64,000 nt of DNA. Source: Eledone cirrhosa. Taxonomy: Eukaryota. The notes beneath the pieces were generated by a model, which searched no databases, had not been told where the DNA came from, and was given only the letters and a program-made list of their open reading frames with translations. Every line of letters starts with the position of its first letter. Within the stretch, counting starts at the first letter, position 1. Positions 12,817 to 27,400 of this stretch are shown here, one piece after another. A program made the position numbers and the translations under genes. The stretch lies in assembly GCA_964016885.1 (NCBI GenBank), contig OZ024741.1, forward strand, positions 51,894,001 through 51,958,000, in the 5' to 3' direction.

Positions 12817-13219
12817 TATATATATAAATGACGGAAAAAGGTTTGGCAAATGTCATATGTTATGACTTCTCATATGTATTTTCAAACCTTTTGCTGTATA
12901 TAAAAGGCACAGAAGATGCCAAGTTATACAGTTGACTTACCGAACCACGTCCACAATTTGTTTTGTTTAAAGTGATTATTTGTCTGCCATACAATGCACA
13001 CTCTCTCCATTGCAACATCAAGTCGTATACTTGTGCATAGAGTGTCACAGATCATTTACCAAAATCGCTGGCTTCGGGAATAATATTTCTTCATATCCTT
13101 GACTGGTCATCTTAACTGGACTATAGAGATAAATCCATAAAAAAACACCCCATAAAAAAAAACATACACAAATCCAACCCCACATACTCACGCACACACA
13201 ACATATACATATGTACTCA

Positions 13220-13415
13220 CTATTGAATGGCTGTTGACTCTCCTGTGTTCCTCCGCCCTTTGACGACAAGTTTTGACTTTCATCCCACAGGATGTCCATA
13301 AATCACCCTCCTCACCAAACCAGCTTGGTGGGATTGCGGTTCAATTGCCAATCACTCGACCACGTGACAAATTGTACTGGATTACATGTTACCAGCAGCG
13401 CCCAAGAACGACCTG
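13220..13415 (-). mobile_element. RTE 5'-UTR-like repeat fragment
   Basis: Similar to 6300-6490 and 24085-24248. Confidence 0.55.
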
Positions 13416-13443
13416 AAACACCCACACAGACACACAGACAAAT

Positions 13444-13512
<69 letters not shown>

Positions 13513-13933
13513 TTGCGAGGTTTTTGATATGAAATCGTGTGTCGAAACAAATATTGTGAGCATATTGGAGGTCATATTAGCCGAAAACACAGAAAACCTT
13601 AATTATTAGAGTTTTTAGCGGTCAACATAGAAACAAACTTTCTGTGTGCTAGAAAGAGCAGTAAATTATCCTCCAACTCGCCCCCATTCCATTTTTGGAA
13701 AATAAATCAACAGCGAGCTTGATGGAAGTCAGGTTAGTTGAAAACACACGAAAAACTTTAATTATTATCAACTTTATTTAGTGTTATTAACAATCAACGT
13801 ACAAACTCCCTATTTATAAGGATATATATAGTGTCCGAAACGTTAAGAATCTCTTCCTGCTATTTCAAGCATTAAACTAATATATTTCCTCCATGATCTG
13901 TGTCATTTGTTTTGTTACTTCTGTTTACCGTTT

Positions 13934-13969
<36 letters not shown>

Positions 13970-13989
13970 CGAGTTTGCACCTCGTGTAC

Positions 13990-15556
13990 ATATTCGAATA
14001 TACATGGGGTGCAAGTGGGAGCGGTGACTATCTCTCAGAGGCTGAGGTCACAAGAGCAGTTAAAGAGCTTAAATGTGACAAGGCCACTGGGGAAGATGAA
14101 ATCCGGCCCAAGAGGTTAAAAGCCTTAAATAGAGAAGGTATTCTCCAGCTGACTCGTGTGGGTCGGTTGGCCTGGATCTCTGGAAAGGCGCCTAAGCAAT
14201 GGAAATTGGGAGTGATAATCGCAATTTTCAAAAAGGGAGACAAGAGAGATTGTTCCAATCACAGAGGGATCTCCTTGTTAAGCCTCCCTAGTAAAGTCTA
14301 TCTTAAGTGTCTGACAAAGAGATGCAAGGAGATTGTTGAGTCCAAGCTAGCTGATAAACAGTGTGGTTTTCACCTTGAACGCAGCACAGCCAACCAAATA
14401 TTCACACTGCGGCAGGTCTTCGAGAAATCGTGGGAGTATTACCAAGAGGTATACTCTTGCTTTGTTGACCTTGAAAAGGCATATGACTGCGTTCCTCGGG
14501 AACTGTTGTGGAAGGTTCTGCAGGAGTATGGGATCGATGGTGAGCTTCTTTCTACCCAATAAGAATGCCCGAGTATTTGTATTCGGGTAAATGGTGCTAA
14601 ATCGAAACCATTCAATGTGGGAGTCATACTCCGCCAAGGGTGCGTACTGTCACCTCTTCTTTTCATTATTTATATGAACAGGATTGACATGCACAGCCGG
14701 TTTGGAAGTAGTATCACGACTGGCGGGTGTAAAATCAGTCGACTGGAATTTACAGACGACATGGTGTTACTTAACTCGACAGAAGTTGATCGTCGACTTG
14801 CACTTAATAGGTTTAATACCGAATAATGCATGGTTGGAATGAAAAGCAGTGCTGCGAAACCTGAGGCACTCGTCCTCTCAAGGACGCCTGCGCAGTGCAC
14901 GCTACATGTGAATGGAGTTCCACTGGAGCAGGTAGAGAAGTTCAAATATCTCAGAGCCGTGGTCACGAGTGATGGAAGGCAGGAGGCTGAATTAAGTGCA
15001 AGAATTGCAGGAGTTGGTGCAGTAATGCACAAGCTTCAGCATTTGGTAATCAGAAGAATGGAGGTAGGCGTAAAAGCCAAACTCGCTATGTTCAATTCGT
15101 TATTCGCACCAACCCTTGCCTATGATCACGAATCTTGGGTAATGACCGAAATAATACGATCGTGAATACAAGCGACCGAAAGGGGGTTCCTCCGAAGGGT
15201 ATTTGGAGTAATGTTACTCGATAGAGTGCGTAGCTCGGAGATCCGAGAGCCACTCCATGTAGAGCCGCTACTTCTCCGAATCGAGTGGTCACAGCTCCGT
15301 TACTATGGGTATGTGGTTAGAATGTCTCAGGAAAGAATTTTATGGGCAGCTTTTACGGGCAAAAACAAACCGGCAGCAGACCCAGGGTAGACCCCGAGCA
15401 AGATGGTTGGATAACATCTATGAGCTTGGCTGCTCTCGCTTGGGGATCTAGCCGGATCAGTTGAGGGCGGTTGCTTTTGACAGGACCCGCAGGAGGGAGG
15501 GTTTGCGGACTCTTTCTCCCATGACCCTCTCAGGAATAAGTGGGTGAAGAAGAAGA
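13990..15556 (+). pseudogene. 5'-truncated degenerate RTE-like LINE (RT and 3' end)
   Basis: KATGEDEI, NHRGISLLS, CFVDLEKAYD, LRQGCVLSPLLF, EFTDD, FKYL motifs with stops. Ends in gaagaagaag. Confidence 0.85.
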
Positions 15557-16084
15557 TATATATATGGACACACACTCACACACATATATATATTGATTAA
15601 AAATGTATTTGTCTCTAATACTTAGACATCTCAATGAATGGATAAGATATACAGATACAATATCACCCAGCGAAGTAATTTAATATATTACACTTATGTC
15701 AAAATTTCAATTTAAGGGAGTATAAGTCAGACCGAATAAAACAAGTTAGTCTAACTCACATAATCATCTCACTACCGTGATTTGAAGAATAAAAGAAACA
15801 ATAGCAGCCACCTCACATCATTGGAATAACCAATAAGGGCCAGGTAGTGGTGGTGGCACTAAATTGACAGACGGATTATGTCTACCTTTCAAATAAGCCA
15901 CAGCGGAATTTGAACTCATTTCGAAAAAAAAAAAAAAAAAAAAAAGCCGGAGCAACAGTTTAACAATTATTCCACTAACAATACCTACTACCTTCATATT
16001 TCCTCAACATTTTTCTTTCTATCTTATCTTTGTTGCAATGATCAACAATTAAATCTAATTGCCGAAATAAATAAGTAAATAAAC

Positions 16085-16365
16085 CTCCGTCAGTTCCCAC
16101 GATGAGTGTTCTAGTTAATTCGATCAACGGAACAGCTTGCTCATGAAATCATCGTGCATGTGGCTGGACATTCCACAGACACGTGTACCTTTAACGTAGT
16201 TCTCAGTGAGATTCAGCATGACCGAGTGTGTTACAAGGGTGGCCCCTTTCAATTACAGAATTACATTAAATAAAGTATCTCGCTCAAGAACACAACGTAC
16301 CGCTGAGGACTGAACTCACGACCTTGTGAGCGGAACACCCTAACCACTAAGCCAAGTACATTCAC
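16085..16365 (-). mobile_element. tRNA-derived SINE
   Basis: Minus strand starts with tggcttagtggttagggtgttc...gtgagttcagtcc (A/B boxes). Related body sequence at ~19740-19860 and ~38850-39010; related head at ~53010-53130. Confidence 0.6.
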
Positions 16366-16735
16366 AAACAAACAAACAAACAAACAATAAATAAATAAAT
16401 AAAAATATGAATAAATAAATTACGTGTCGTCTGCTTTAAGGCGGTTTGTCAGATCAAATGATATATTGTTTGTTACGTTCATTGTTAGAAATATATGAAA
16501 TGGTTCAAGTTAAAATAAATAATAAAATGATTGAAACGAAACATATTTCTGAAGGTGTAGACCTAAAACACCTTCATAATGTTTGGAGGATGATAAATAA
16601 AATAAAAGTAAATATGGATGGGTTGAAATGGTCACCGAACGCTCCTTTTTCACTGTTTGATAATGGTACGTTCTTGTTGATTGTTGCATTGCTCGAGGCG
16701 AAGACGTCAGTGGAATTGGGCGTATATATATTCTC

Positions 16736-16872
<137 letters not shown>

Positions 16873-16907
16873 CAAAATGAAAATCCGAAGGCAAGGTAAA
16901 ATTCCAA

Positions 16908-16995
16908 TCATTTAATCACGACACATGTTTCAATAAGAGATAGATCGATTGTGAAGCCATGATCGATTATCACTGATCTCATCAGGTGAAAATGA
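16908..16995 (-). ncRNA. Type I hammerhead ribozyme motif (inverted pLTR copy)
   Basis: UCAUUUUCAC-CUGAUGA-stem II-GAAA-C-augu-G-UC-GUGAuuAAAUGA. Confidence 0.7.
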
Positions 16996-18799
16996 ATTGT
17001 CTTCAAATTCTTGATATGAGGGAGAAAAAAGAACAAGAGGCATCGGACCAGAAAAGTCCTGTGGTATAATCCCCCTACTCCACTGGCCTGACCACTAGTA
17101 TAGCTAAGCTTTTCTTTAGGGCCTTAGACAAATGCTTCCCTAGATCGCACAGATATTATAAAATATTCAATAGAAATACCATCAAGCTGTTCCACTCCAC
17201 AACTAGTAACATAGCTCAGAATATAGCTAAGATGAATTATAGTAGACTTAGGACAGCCCATGAGGGAATTAGGCATGGCAGGAAAAATGGCAGCTCTATT
17301 GAGGAACTGACTCATACACGTGAGGCGAGTCGGGTCTCCCCAACCCCAGGGAATTTACCCATAGAGCAGACAGGAACTGAGACCCGACCCCAAAGGTACC
17401 GTGGTCCATCTGGAACTACCCTGGTCGATAGCAAAAAATGTAACTGCAGAAGCACCGCCACCTGCCCCATGGCTGGGAAATGCCTTACCAAAAACATAGT
17501 CTACAGCTGTAAGGTCTCCACTTCTGATAGAACCTTTAGGTATGTTGGGGAAACTGCCACAGAATTTAAGGCTAGATGGTATAATCACCGCCATACCTTT
17601 AATAGATTAGATAAAAGAAAATAGCACGGCACTTTCTGAATTAGTCTGGAAGCTTAAACATCAGAATATAGAGCACTCCTTATCCTGGTCCATAGTTTGC
17701 TCAGCCCAACCTTATAACGGCAGCACTGGCGTCTGCAATTTATGTATAGCTGAAACTTTTAATATTATTAGAGGCGGCCCCCTATTAATTAATAGGAGAG
17801 AAGATTTTTTCAACAACTGCCAACATAGAACCTCGAAAACCTTCTGCAGGATTTTTGGAAGGTAACCTACCACTAACTCCCCTCTCTCTAATTTAGTCAT
17901 AGAGTTCTCTCAATAAACAGACAGTCACACACTTAGGTAGTTAGACGACTAAGATTATTTGCGCACTTACAAACGATACTCGGCCTGTTTCCACGGAGTT
18001 CTCACAGCTGAGTGCACTTTTTTAGAATACCTAGCTAGTAAATAGTTAGATTGATTACACACTTAGTATACCTAGTTAATAATTGATTGCACACTCAGAC
18101 ATGACCGATTACGCGCACCTACCTTTAATTTAAGATACCCTAACCATTAAGTTCTCTCAGTTGGGATATAGCTAGTCGTTTTACACACTTAGTTAGGACC
18201 GATTACGCTCTCTATACATAACTCTACACACAGTACCCGTTTCCTTTAGACATTGAGCTCTCACAATTACGACTGTCACGTTCCTACCGACTGAACACTA
18301 CACCAGGTTTTGATCCGTGATATTCTAACCATAGAGGACTCACTGTTACGGATTGAACAATAATACTGACACACCATTAATGGGCATACACACATCCTTT
18401 GGATTTTACTATCCTGTGTTTTTTTACTTCACCTTCTGTGTTGGATAACACACCTCCACCACTCAAACAACTATCTTAAAAGCTCATTGGCCCATATGAC
18501 GGGAAATCGTACTTACGGACGCATTTACCCAATACCCAACCCTACACGGAGCCCTTTGCTGGCCTACATTGCGGTTGCTTGCACGCACGGATTTGGTGAC
18601 TCGGATTCTCAATGGGACAGCAGTACATACTGAGTTCGATATGAGCTGATTGCTTGCTCTTCACATGGATGTGTATATACCCGGAATATACCCTTTTTTT
18701 GGACGATTCGGATGTGTATATACCATAACATACACTTGAAGATATGGATATTACAATTCAATCTATACACGTATAGCAGAACACTGAACTGAACTTACT

Positions 18800-18802
<3 letters not shown>

Positions 18803-18896
<94 letters not shown>
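18803..18896. repeat. (GT)n microsatellite
   Basis: Direct observation. Confidence 0.95.
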
Positions 18897-18898
<2 letters not shown>

Positions 18899-19410
18899 TA
18901 GTGTGGGGCGTTGGTTAACCTAATATTTCCAATTTACATCGTCAAATTGAGATTTGACCAATATAGCTTCTGTTGTTTTGTGAACTAACTTTCGGTGAGT
19001 GCTGTGTTGGTACATTCTTATATTTGTTTTCATATATTTGTTTTTTCTCGGACATCGCTTCGCTGTGTGAGAGAGTGTGTGTGTACCCACCCACACTAAC
19101 TCTACAGGTTTAATACTGTGTTGATGTGTGTATATATATGTATATATTTTTTTCTTTGACCTCGAGCCGGTGTATGTGGGTGTGGAATGTGTGTGTACCC
19201 ACTCACATTAACTGTGACTGACTGTATCCCTACAGATTTGATTGATGTCCACCGTCTTTTGCAGCGATAGAAATCTGAAAACTTTTATGACCTCAACTGA
19301 AGTTAATAGCAGTCGCCGTGTCTCTGACTGGTGTGTCTTCATATGAGGGAATGAATTCTGTGAGAGAACATCGTTATTTTTCTCCCTCATATCAAGAATT
19401 TGAAGACAAT

Positions 19411-19498
19411 TCATTTTCACCTGATGAGATCAGTGATAATCGATCATGGCTTCACAATCGATCTATCTCTTATTGAAACATATGTCGTGATTAAATGA
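19411..19498 (+). ncRNA. Type I hammerhead ribozyme motif in Penelope pLTR
   Basis: UCAUUUUCAC-CUGAUGA-GAU...AUCGAU/AUCGAU...AUU-GAAA-C-auau-G-UC-GUGAuuAAAUGA, with GUC cleavage triplet and palindromic loop III. Confidence 0.75.
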
Positions 19499-19660
19499 TT
19501 GGAATTTTATCTTGCCTTCGGATTTTCATTTTGATACTTATACTCCGTTTTACATCATCTAGCTGTTCCCTTGAATGGAATTGGAGATATACAAAAGCGT
19601 GGAGAACTTAATATTGCTAACAAAGTTATTGGACCATTTTACACAACCAATAATGCACCT

Positions 19661-19691
<31 letters not shown>

Positions 19692-21067
19692 CGTGGGTGT
19701 ACTAACTCAAATACCTACCTACATACATACATATTCTTCGTCCAGTGAGTCGATCAACTGGACAACCTTCCCATTGAATTAACATGCAAAGTGGGTGAAT
19801 ATCACACAAACACGTGTACTCCTAACATAATTCTCCTGTAGAATTAACGTGACATAGTGCAACAAGAATTGATCCCAAGTAACGAATTGCTACTTTTTTT
19901 ATCGACTTCGAAAAGATAAAGGCAAAGTTGACCGTGGCGGAAATTGAACTCAAACAGCGCAGAGTCACAACAAAACAAAACAAACAAAAAACTTGTCCAG
20001 GATAGCACCTTGGAGAGGAACTTTCGAAATATAGAGATGTCTTCTCAAGAGATATACGAAAGCATCTCCCACCACTCCGATCTATTCATGATTACAAAGG
20101 TCTGAGAACAGAACATATTTATAACGTAAGTGCAGTGTAATGGTTAAATACAACCGGAAATTGAAAGAAGATTGTTGTTCCGGGTCGGTAAAATGAGTAT
20201 AATAATAATTTCAGCAAATGTTACTGCGAAACATGATCTGAACACACCTACTTCTTTCACGGTTCAACAGACAAAGATATTTCTAGATTTTCAACTAGGC
20301 TATTTTTAATGTATTTATTAATAACTACAATTTATTCATAACAAGAAGAGATGGTAGGAAATTTAATAGAATTAACTGCACTGTTTAAAACATTGTTATA
20401 ACCTAGTCAACGTATTGTTAGAGATGAAACCTACTCTACACTACATTCCAGCACATGGGACCCCATTTGCTCACCATACGGAGAGATGGGGAAGGCGAGA
20501 GAGATGGAGGCGATGACAGTGGGAGTTCGGCTCTTCCACGTTCGGACCATATCCTTGTGGTTGTATTCATTAAGCAGTTAATGAGTCTGTTGTTGACATG
20601 TTCATCTCTATAGATCCGTGTTAACCACCACCACCACCATCACCACACTACTATTAATTTGATATAATTAATTAAAATAAATCAAAATTTGGAGAACGTC
20701 TTCACCTACAAGCCTCTTTCTTTTTTCCTTTTTTTAGATAATTGTTGCTACTTTTGACACAAGGCCAGCAATTAACCAGTACATTACTGGTACTTTATTT
20801 TATCGACCCCGTAAGGATGAAAAGGCAAAGTTAACCTCGGCGGAATTTGAACTCAGATCATAAAGGGAAGTAACTTTTTTTAGATAATGATTGCTTTCCT
20901 CATTAAAGGTTATAATTCTAATTATGTAATTAAAATTTCTTGGCTTAATATATCAAGTATTCAAGCGATTATATTACTAAATAATTTTTGTAGTAATAGT
21001 AGTAGTAGTAATAGTAATAGCTCTAGTAGTAGTAGTGGTGGTGGTGGTGGTGGTGGTGGTAGTAGTG

Positions 21068-21103
<36 letters not shown>

Positions 21104-21432
21104 ATAGTAGCAGTAGTAGCAGCAGCAGTAGTGGTAGTAGTAGTAGTAGTAGTGGTGGTGGTGGTGCCTATGGCCAGCAATATCATGCATCGCAAAAAAA
21201 TTCACATATCAAGCGATGTCTGTGCTTGAAGATTTTTTAAGTGACGAAAGGCTTTGCACGGGGCCAATCCCACTCTCTGAACATTGAATGTATTTACCCC
21301 AAAAAACTAGAACTGGTCTACATCATTGGATGCAAACGAAGTCCCAGGTTTTATATTAGAGTGACCTTCTCCTAGAGAGATGTCTTAATGAAGACAAGGA
21401 ATCTCTCGCTCTACAAAAAAATACATACATAC

Positions 21433-22020
21433 ATGATGGGTGCAAACTGGTGTTCGAGCATTCCCATTACCCGATAAAATGCTCAAAAATGTGAGGTACG
21501 AATGTGGCTCTTTAAACCAGTCAAACACTTGCACCCTCTGGCAACTGTAAGCTCATTTGGGACTTTCCATTGCTTTGTTCTGGCTGTGTGTTCTCATGTG
21601 TCTTTTGAGACCTCCCATGCTAGCACATTCCTTGCCACATTCCTTACACCTTTTAAGATCATAATCTACATGAGGTCTACTGATATGACTTTGTTTATGT
21701 CTAATCAAACCAGCATTGCTCAAGCAGACTCGATCACAGTGTTGGCAAACCAGATGATGCTCAACAGCAGGCAGTTCAGAACAGTCTCTTTTCCTTACCT
21801 TCCTCTTCAGTGTTAAGTGTTCTCTTCGACGAGTTTCAAAGTCTTCACTACCTGGCTTGATCAAACGTCTCCACTTCACACGCTCCCCAGCCATTTTTCT
21901 CCCATTCGTCAGATGAAATTCCAGCACAAGCCAAGGTGCCCCTGACACAGTCCCAGTACCGTATTTTTGGTTTGTATGGTGGTCGCCTTCCTTCACACAG
22001 TTCTCCGCAGGGAAGTTGCT
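21433..22020 (-). pseudogene. 3' end of RTE-like LINE with tandem C2H2 zinc fingers and (ATGT)n tail
   Basis: CQHCDRVCLSNAGLIRHKQSH and CKECGKECASMGGLKRHMRTH; a third decayed finger; 3' motif like the other RTE ends. Confidence 0.75.
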
Positions 22021-22141
22021 TTGGAATACGATCAAAAATAAACTCAAAATTAAAAGAAAGTCAACCTACCTACCTACATAATGCATACATACATACATAC
22101 ATACATACATACATACATACATACATACATACATACATACA

Positions 22142-22523
22142 TGGTGGCTGCCAACTCGTTTTCGAGTACGGCCACTACTTTATATCCATGTAGGAGAACT
22201 CCTACCGATGCGCTAAACGAGTGTGACTTTTTAGTCCAGCCAGAGACTTGAAAACTCTGGTACAAACACTACACTTGTGACAATTATTGACACATAGTGC
22301 CGGGCCCATGGTACCATGTGACGACAAGTGCAGAGAGATCTCCAGATATAAAGCAATGCCTGTGCCGTGAAGCTTTTATAGTGAGCAAAGGCACTGCACA
22401 AAGCCAGTCCCACTCTCTTAACCAAGATGATATTTACCAAAAAGTCAACATCATTGGATACCATCAGAGTTGCAGGTGTTATATCAGAGTTTTCCTTCTC
22501 CTAGAATTCTGCCTTGACAAAGG
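22142..22523 (-). mobile_element. Non-autonomous RTE-derived short element (truncated copy)
   Basis: Near-identical to 23683-24066; CATA repeats on both sides. Confidence 0.75.
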
Positions 22524-22544
22524 CATACATACATATATACATAT

Positions 22545-22800
22545 GTATAATATCAAAGATTAGTGAAAAGGAGAATATTTATGCAGAACTGATGAGAAAT
22601 CTGCAGATACTCCATCCTGATTACACCTTCAGATTTATGCCTGTGATTATTGGGGCACTGGGATATGTTAGTAACTGCCTCAATACAAATCTTGAGAAGC
22701 TAGGCTTCACAGGAACAGAAAGAACACAACTAGTTAGGAAACTACAAGTACAATCCATTAATGGAACAGTTAAAACATTCCAAAAATTTTGCATCTAATA
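22545..22800 (+). pseudogene. R4/Dong-like 3' fragment
   Basis: KISEKENIYAELMRNLQILHPDYTF.FMPVIIGALGY resembles the C-terminus of ORF 7238-10747. Confidence 0.75.
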
Positions 22801-23124
22801 ACTGCATATACACATGTACAGATACAAAGCATATACACATGCACACATACAACTCAAAATATACACATCCACACATACAATAACATCAATATCTACACAT
22901 GCATGCATACATACATATCTACCTAGTTGATGTGTAAATTCCAATGAGAGAGTCTTGTGTCTATGTTAGAAACCGACTCTCTCTCTATTGGTAAAACTTT
23001 GTGAAATTATAAAACCAGAAGAACATACATACATACATACATACATACATACATACATACATACATACATACATACATACATACATACATACATACATAC
23101 ATACATACATACATACATACATAC

Positions 23125-23655
23125 AATAAATATAGGTTGTGTGAAACAACGACCAAAGATGTTAGTCATATTGTTGCCAATTGCGAAAGAATATCCCCTC
23201 GTTATTACCTTCCCACGACACAGAACACCGGGAATATACAACAGAAAATAATGTAAGGACAAATCAAAGATTGATGGCTCAAAGTAATATTTGTGGAACC
23301 TAAAAGTAAGAACTGCCACGAAATTAAAATACAACAGGTCTGTTTGGAGCACTGATTGAAAACATGCTCTGTTGTAGACGTCAATGTTAGTGTAGTAAGA
23401 AAGATACAAGTGAAAGAGGTTATTTACGGACTATTGATGAAGAGTTTGCAGATCTAGTAAGAAAACTAGATGTTTAGTTCCGTACCTATACTTATTGAAG
23501 CTACAGGATATATATCAACCCACCTAGGCAAAAGTATGACTGAATATAAATTCTTAGAGAAAGAACGCAGCTTCTTAATTCATAAGCTACAAATGGCCAC
23601 ATTATCTGGCACTTTCAAATCATACATGAAATTAAGAAAAAGAGACAGAATATGC
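23125..23655 (+). pseudogene. Decayed 3' copy of the R4/Dong element at 6606-10827
   Basis: Nucleotide similarity to ~10170-10827 (tggaacctaaaagtaagaactgccacgaaattaaaatacaacagg; ends gaaattaagaaaaagag) and flanked by CATA repeats. Confidence 0.75.
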
Positions 23656-23682
23656 ATACATACATACATACATACATTTATA

Positions 23683-24248
23683 TATGGTGGCTGCCAACTC
23701 GTTTTCGAGTACGGCCACTACTTTATATCCATGTAGGAGAACCCCTACCGATGTGCTGAACGAGTGTGACTTTTTAGTCCAGCCAGCGACTTGAAAACTC
23801 TGGTACAAACATTACACTTGTGACAATTATTGACACATAGTGCTGGGCCCATGGTACCATGTGACGACAAGTGCAGAGAGATCTCCAGATATAAAGCAAT
23901 GCCTGTGCCGTGAAGCTTTTATAGTGAGCAAAGGCACTGCACAAAGCCAGTCCCACTCTCTTAACCAAGATGATATTTACCAAAAAGTCAACATCATTGG
24001 ATACCATCAGAGTTGCAGGTGTTATATCAGAGTTTTCCTTCTCCTAGAATTCTGCCTTGACAAAGGCTAAGGGGTCATCTTTCCCGGTGATTTTGGATGG
24101 GCATTGACTCTTCAGAGCTCCTTTGCCCTTTGACAGGTTTTGTTTTTATTCCCGCAGGATGTCCAAAGTCATCCTCCTCACAAAGAAACCTTGCTGGGGT
24201 TGCCAGTTTAGTCGCCAACGACCCGACCATGGGACAGGTTGTACTGTG
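23683..24248 (-). mobile_element. Non-autonomous RTE-derived bipartite element (~565 bp)
   Basis: RTE-like 5'-UTR sequence joined to the RTE 3' terminal motif (gtggccgtactcgaaaacgagttggcagccaccat) and an ATGT tail. No RT coding sequence. Confidence 0.7.
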
Positions 24249-24323
24249 ATACATACATACATACATACATACATACATACATACATACATACATACATAC
24301 ATACATACATACATACATACATA

Positions 24324-24454
24324 CATGATGGCTGCCCCCTCGTTATCGAGTATGGCCATTGCACGAGAATAAAAAAAAAAAAAAATAAAAAAAAAAATAA
24401 ATAAAATAAAATAATAATAATAATAATAATAAATAAAAAAATAAAAAATAAAAA

Positions 24455-24493
<39 letters not shown>

Positions 24494-27400
24494 CATACAT
24501 ACATAATACATACACACATACATACACATACACACACACATATACACACACACACATACATTAATAACAATAATAATAATAATACCAATAATAATAATAA
24601 CGACAACAACAATAATAATATACATATTCATATATATATACACACACACGCACGCACAATAGCATATCTACACACACACACACACACACACACGATAACA
24701 ACTAAGTGCTGCGATCGAATGTGGCTTTTTAGCCCAGCCAATGATCTAAAATGTCTTGCACAGAGTCGGCAACCAAAACATTCACTGGGAATAGTCGGCT
24801 GTGGTTGGAGTTCGTGTACTTTTGCATGTCGCTTGAGCCCTCCTGCTGATTTACATTCTCTACCACATGTTTGGCAAGCATGATGAGTAGCATCTCCAAC
24901 AGCAGCCTGGTAGTCAACCACTGGTCTTACTTTATGACTGCGAAGATGACTTTCGAGTCCAGCTTTGCTTAGGCAGAGTCTCGCACAGATGCTGCATGTC
25001 AGCACCATAGGAGGACCCTCGCCGTCTGGAAGTGCAACAGCAATGCCCTTCCTCACATCCCGCTTTACTTTCTCGTGTGCGATTCGAGATGCCTCAAAGG
25101 CAACTTTTCCCTCATATACAGTCTTTCTTCATTTATTACGATCAGCAGCAATATTTTCCCATGTATCAGCAGAGATGTTAGCGTCTTTCAGAGAGGCTTT
25201 CAAGGAATCCTTATACCTCTTTTTTGGTTTATGTGGCGGTCGTTTTCCTTTAACCAACTCTCCATAGAAGAGTTGTTTTGGTATTCTAGAATCCTTCATC
25301 CTGGCAAGGTGACCACTCCAACGGAGTCGTTGCTTAAGCACAAGAGCTTCTATACTGTCACACATAGAGCTTTCCAAAATCTCGACATCACTGATGTGGT
25401 CCCTCCAGTGAACGCCATGGATCCGTCTGAGACACATCTGATGGAAACGCTCCAATTGCTTAAGGTGGTGTCGATATGTAACCCAGGTCTCGCAGGCATA
25501 AAGAAGACAAGAGAGTACACATGCCCTGTACACCTTTACCTTTGTCCTCCTGCATATGTCTCGCCGACCCCAGAGTCGCCTTTCTAGCTTTCCGAAAGCA
25601 TCACTTGCTTTCCTAATCCTAAGTGAGATTTCACCGTCAAGGTTGCCGTATCGATTGACAGTGCTTCCCAGGTAGACAAACTGATCAACCACTCCAAGTT
25701 GTTTGCCATACACATAGATGTTTGGTTCAGTGTACTGCTTACTAGGGGCAGGTTGGTACATGACGACGGTTTTCTTGAGTGACAGTCAAACCCAGGGCAG
25801 TGCAAGCATCAGAAAATGCATTCAAAATGTGCTGCATATCACTCTCTGTGTGCGCTACAAGATCGCAATCATCTGCATACAAGAGGTCTCTTATGATTGA
25901 TGTAAATACTTTTGTCTTCGCAGCAAAGCGCCTGATGTTAAATATGCTGCCTGAGGTTCGATATCGGATGTAAACACCATGCTCGTAATTCCTGAATGCA
26001 ATACAGAAAATCATTGCAAAGTATATGGCAAACAGGGTTGGTGCTGGAATATCCCCCTGTTTCACTCCATTTTTTACTGAGATAGACTCCGACATGTTAC
26101 CTCCGACATTAACCCAAGCCTTCATGTCGTCATGGAAAGACCTAACTAAAGCAAGGAACCTATCAGGGCAACCAAGTTTCTGGAGAACCTTCCATAATAC
26201 CTCTCTGTTGACAGTATCGAAAGCCTTTGTCAGATCGACAAAAACCTGATACAGATCCAAGCCTTGCTCAATGCACTTCTCCTGGAGCTGTCTAGCTGAG
26301 AAGATCATATCAGTAGTGCCGCGTCCAGCACGAAAACCAGATTGACTTTCAGGAAGAACACAATCTGCAATGTGTGTCAGCAGACGGTCCAGAAGCACCC
26401 TACATAAAACTTTCCCTACGACAGAAAGCAATGATATACCTCTGTAGTTCCCACAATCATTCCGGTTACCCTTTCCCTTGTACAAGACCACCATTACTGC
26501 ATCTCTCCAGTCCTCAGGTACGGATTCATTAGCCCATATCCTTCCAAACAAAGAGTGCAGATGTTGCAGGAGTCTCTCACCACCATATTGTAGGAGCTCA
26601 GCATGTATGCCATCCATACCTGGAGATCTTCCACTGTTCAGCTTCGAAATAGCCACTGCAACCTCCCCAAGCGTCGGAGGTTCTGCGAGAGCTACTTTCA
26701 CAGGACTTTCTGGAATGAGATTGAGGAAATCTTCACTGACGACAGACGGCTGATTCAAAAGATCATCAAAGTGCTCTCGCCACCTTCGTAGAATTCCCTG
26801 TGAGTTACGAAGAAGTTCTTTGCCATCCTTGCTGCGAAGCGGTGTCACCAGAGAAGAAGACGGTCCATAAACCTCACGCAAGAGACTGTACAACAGCTTT
26901 GTGTTATTGGAATCAGACGCAGTTTGTATCTCACCAGCCTTCTCACTCCACCACTGATCCTTCATCTGAGAAAGACTCCGCCTAACACGTGATTTTACAT
27001 CCCTGAGCTCCTCATGCAACGTATTCCTCTCCTGTGGTTTTGCCGTCAAGTAGCGTGACAGAGCACGCCTCTTATCAGCCAACAAGTCTTCTATATGTAC
27101 ATCATTCTCATTAAACCAGTCCTGATGTTTTCTCTGCACCAATCCCAGAACACGCCTGCCTACATCATAAACCGACTTTTTAAGGGTCGGCCAATCCTCA
27201 CCAAGATCTGCAGCCTGCATCTCTTCTTCCAATGTCCTCTTCACATTTTTATCCTTAAGACGAGCAGCATTCAATCTTTTGGGCAGGGTAACACCAGGAG
27301 CCCGGATTTTACGTTTGGTGATTAGTTTCACTTTTGCGCGTACCAGGCGGTGGTCCGTCCAGCACTCAGCTCCACGAAGAACACGAACACACCGCACATC

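Noticed and set aside
24628-25056. Host C2H2 zinc-finger transcription factor gene
   Set aside because: Contiguous with the RTE RT C-terminus; part of the retrotransposon.
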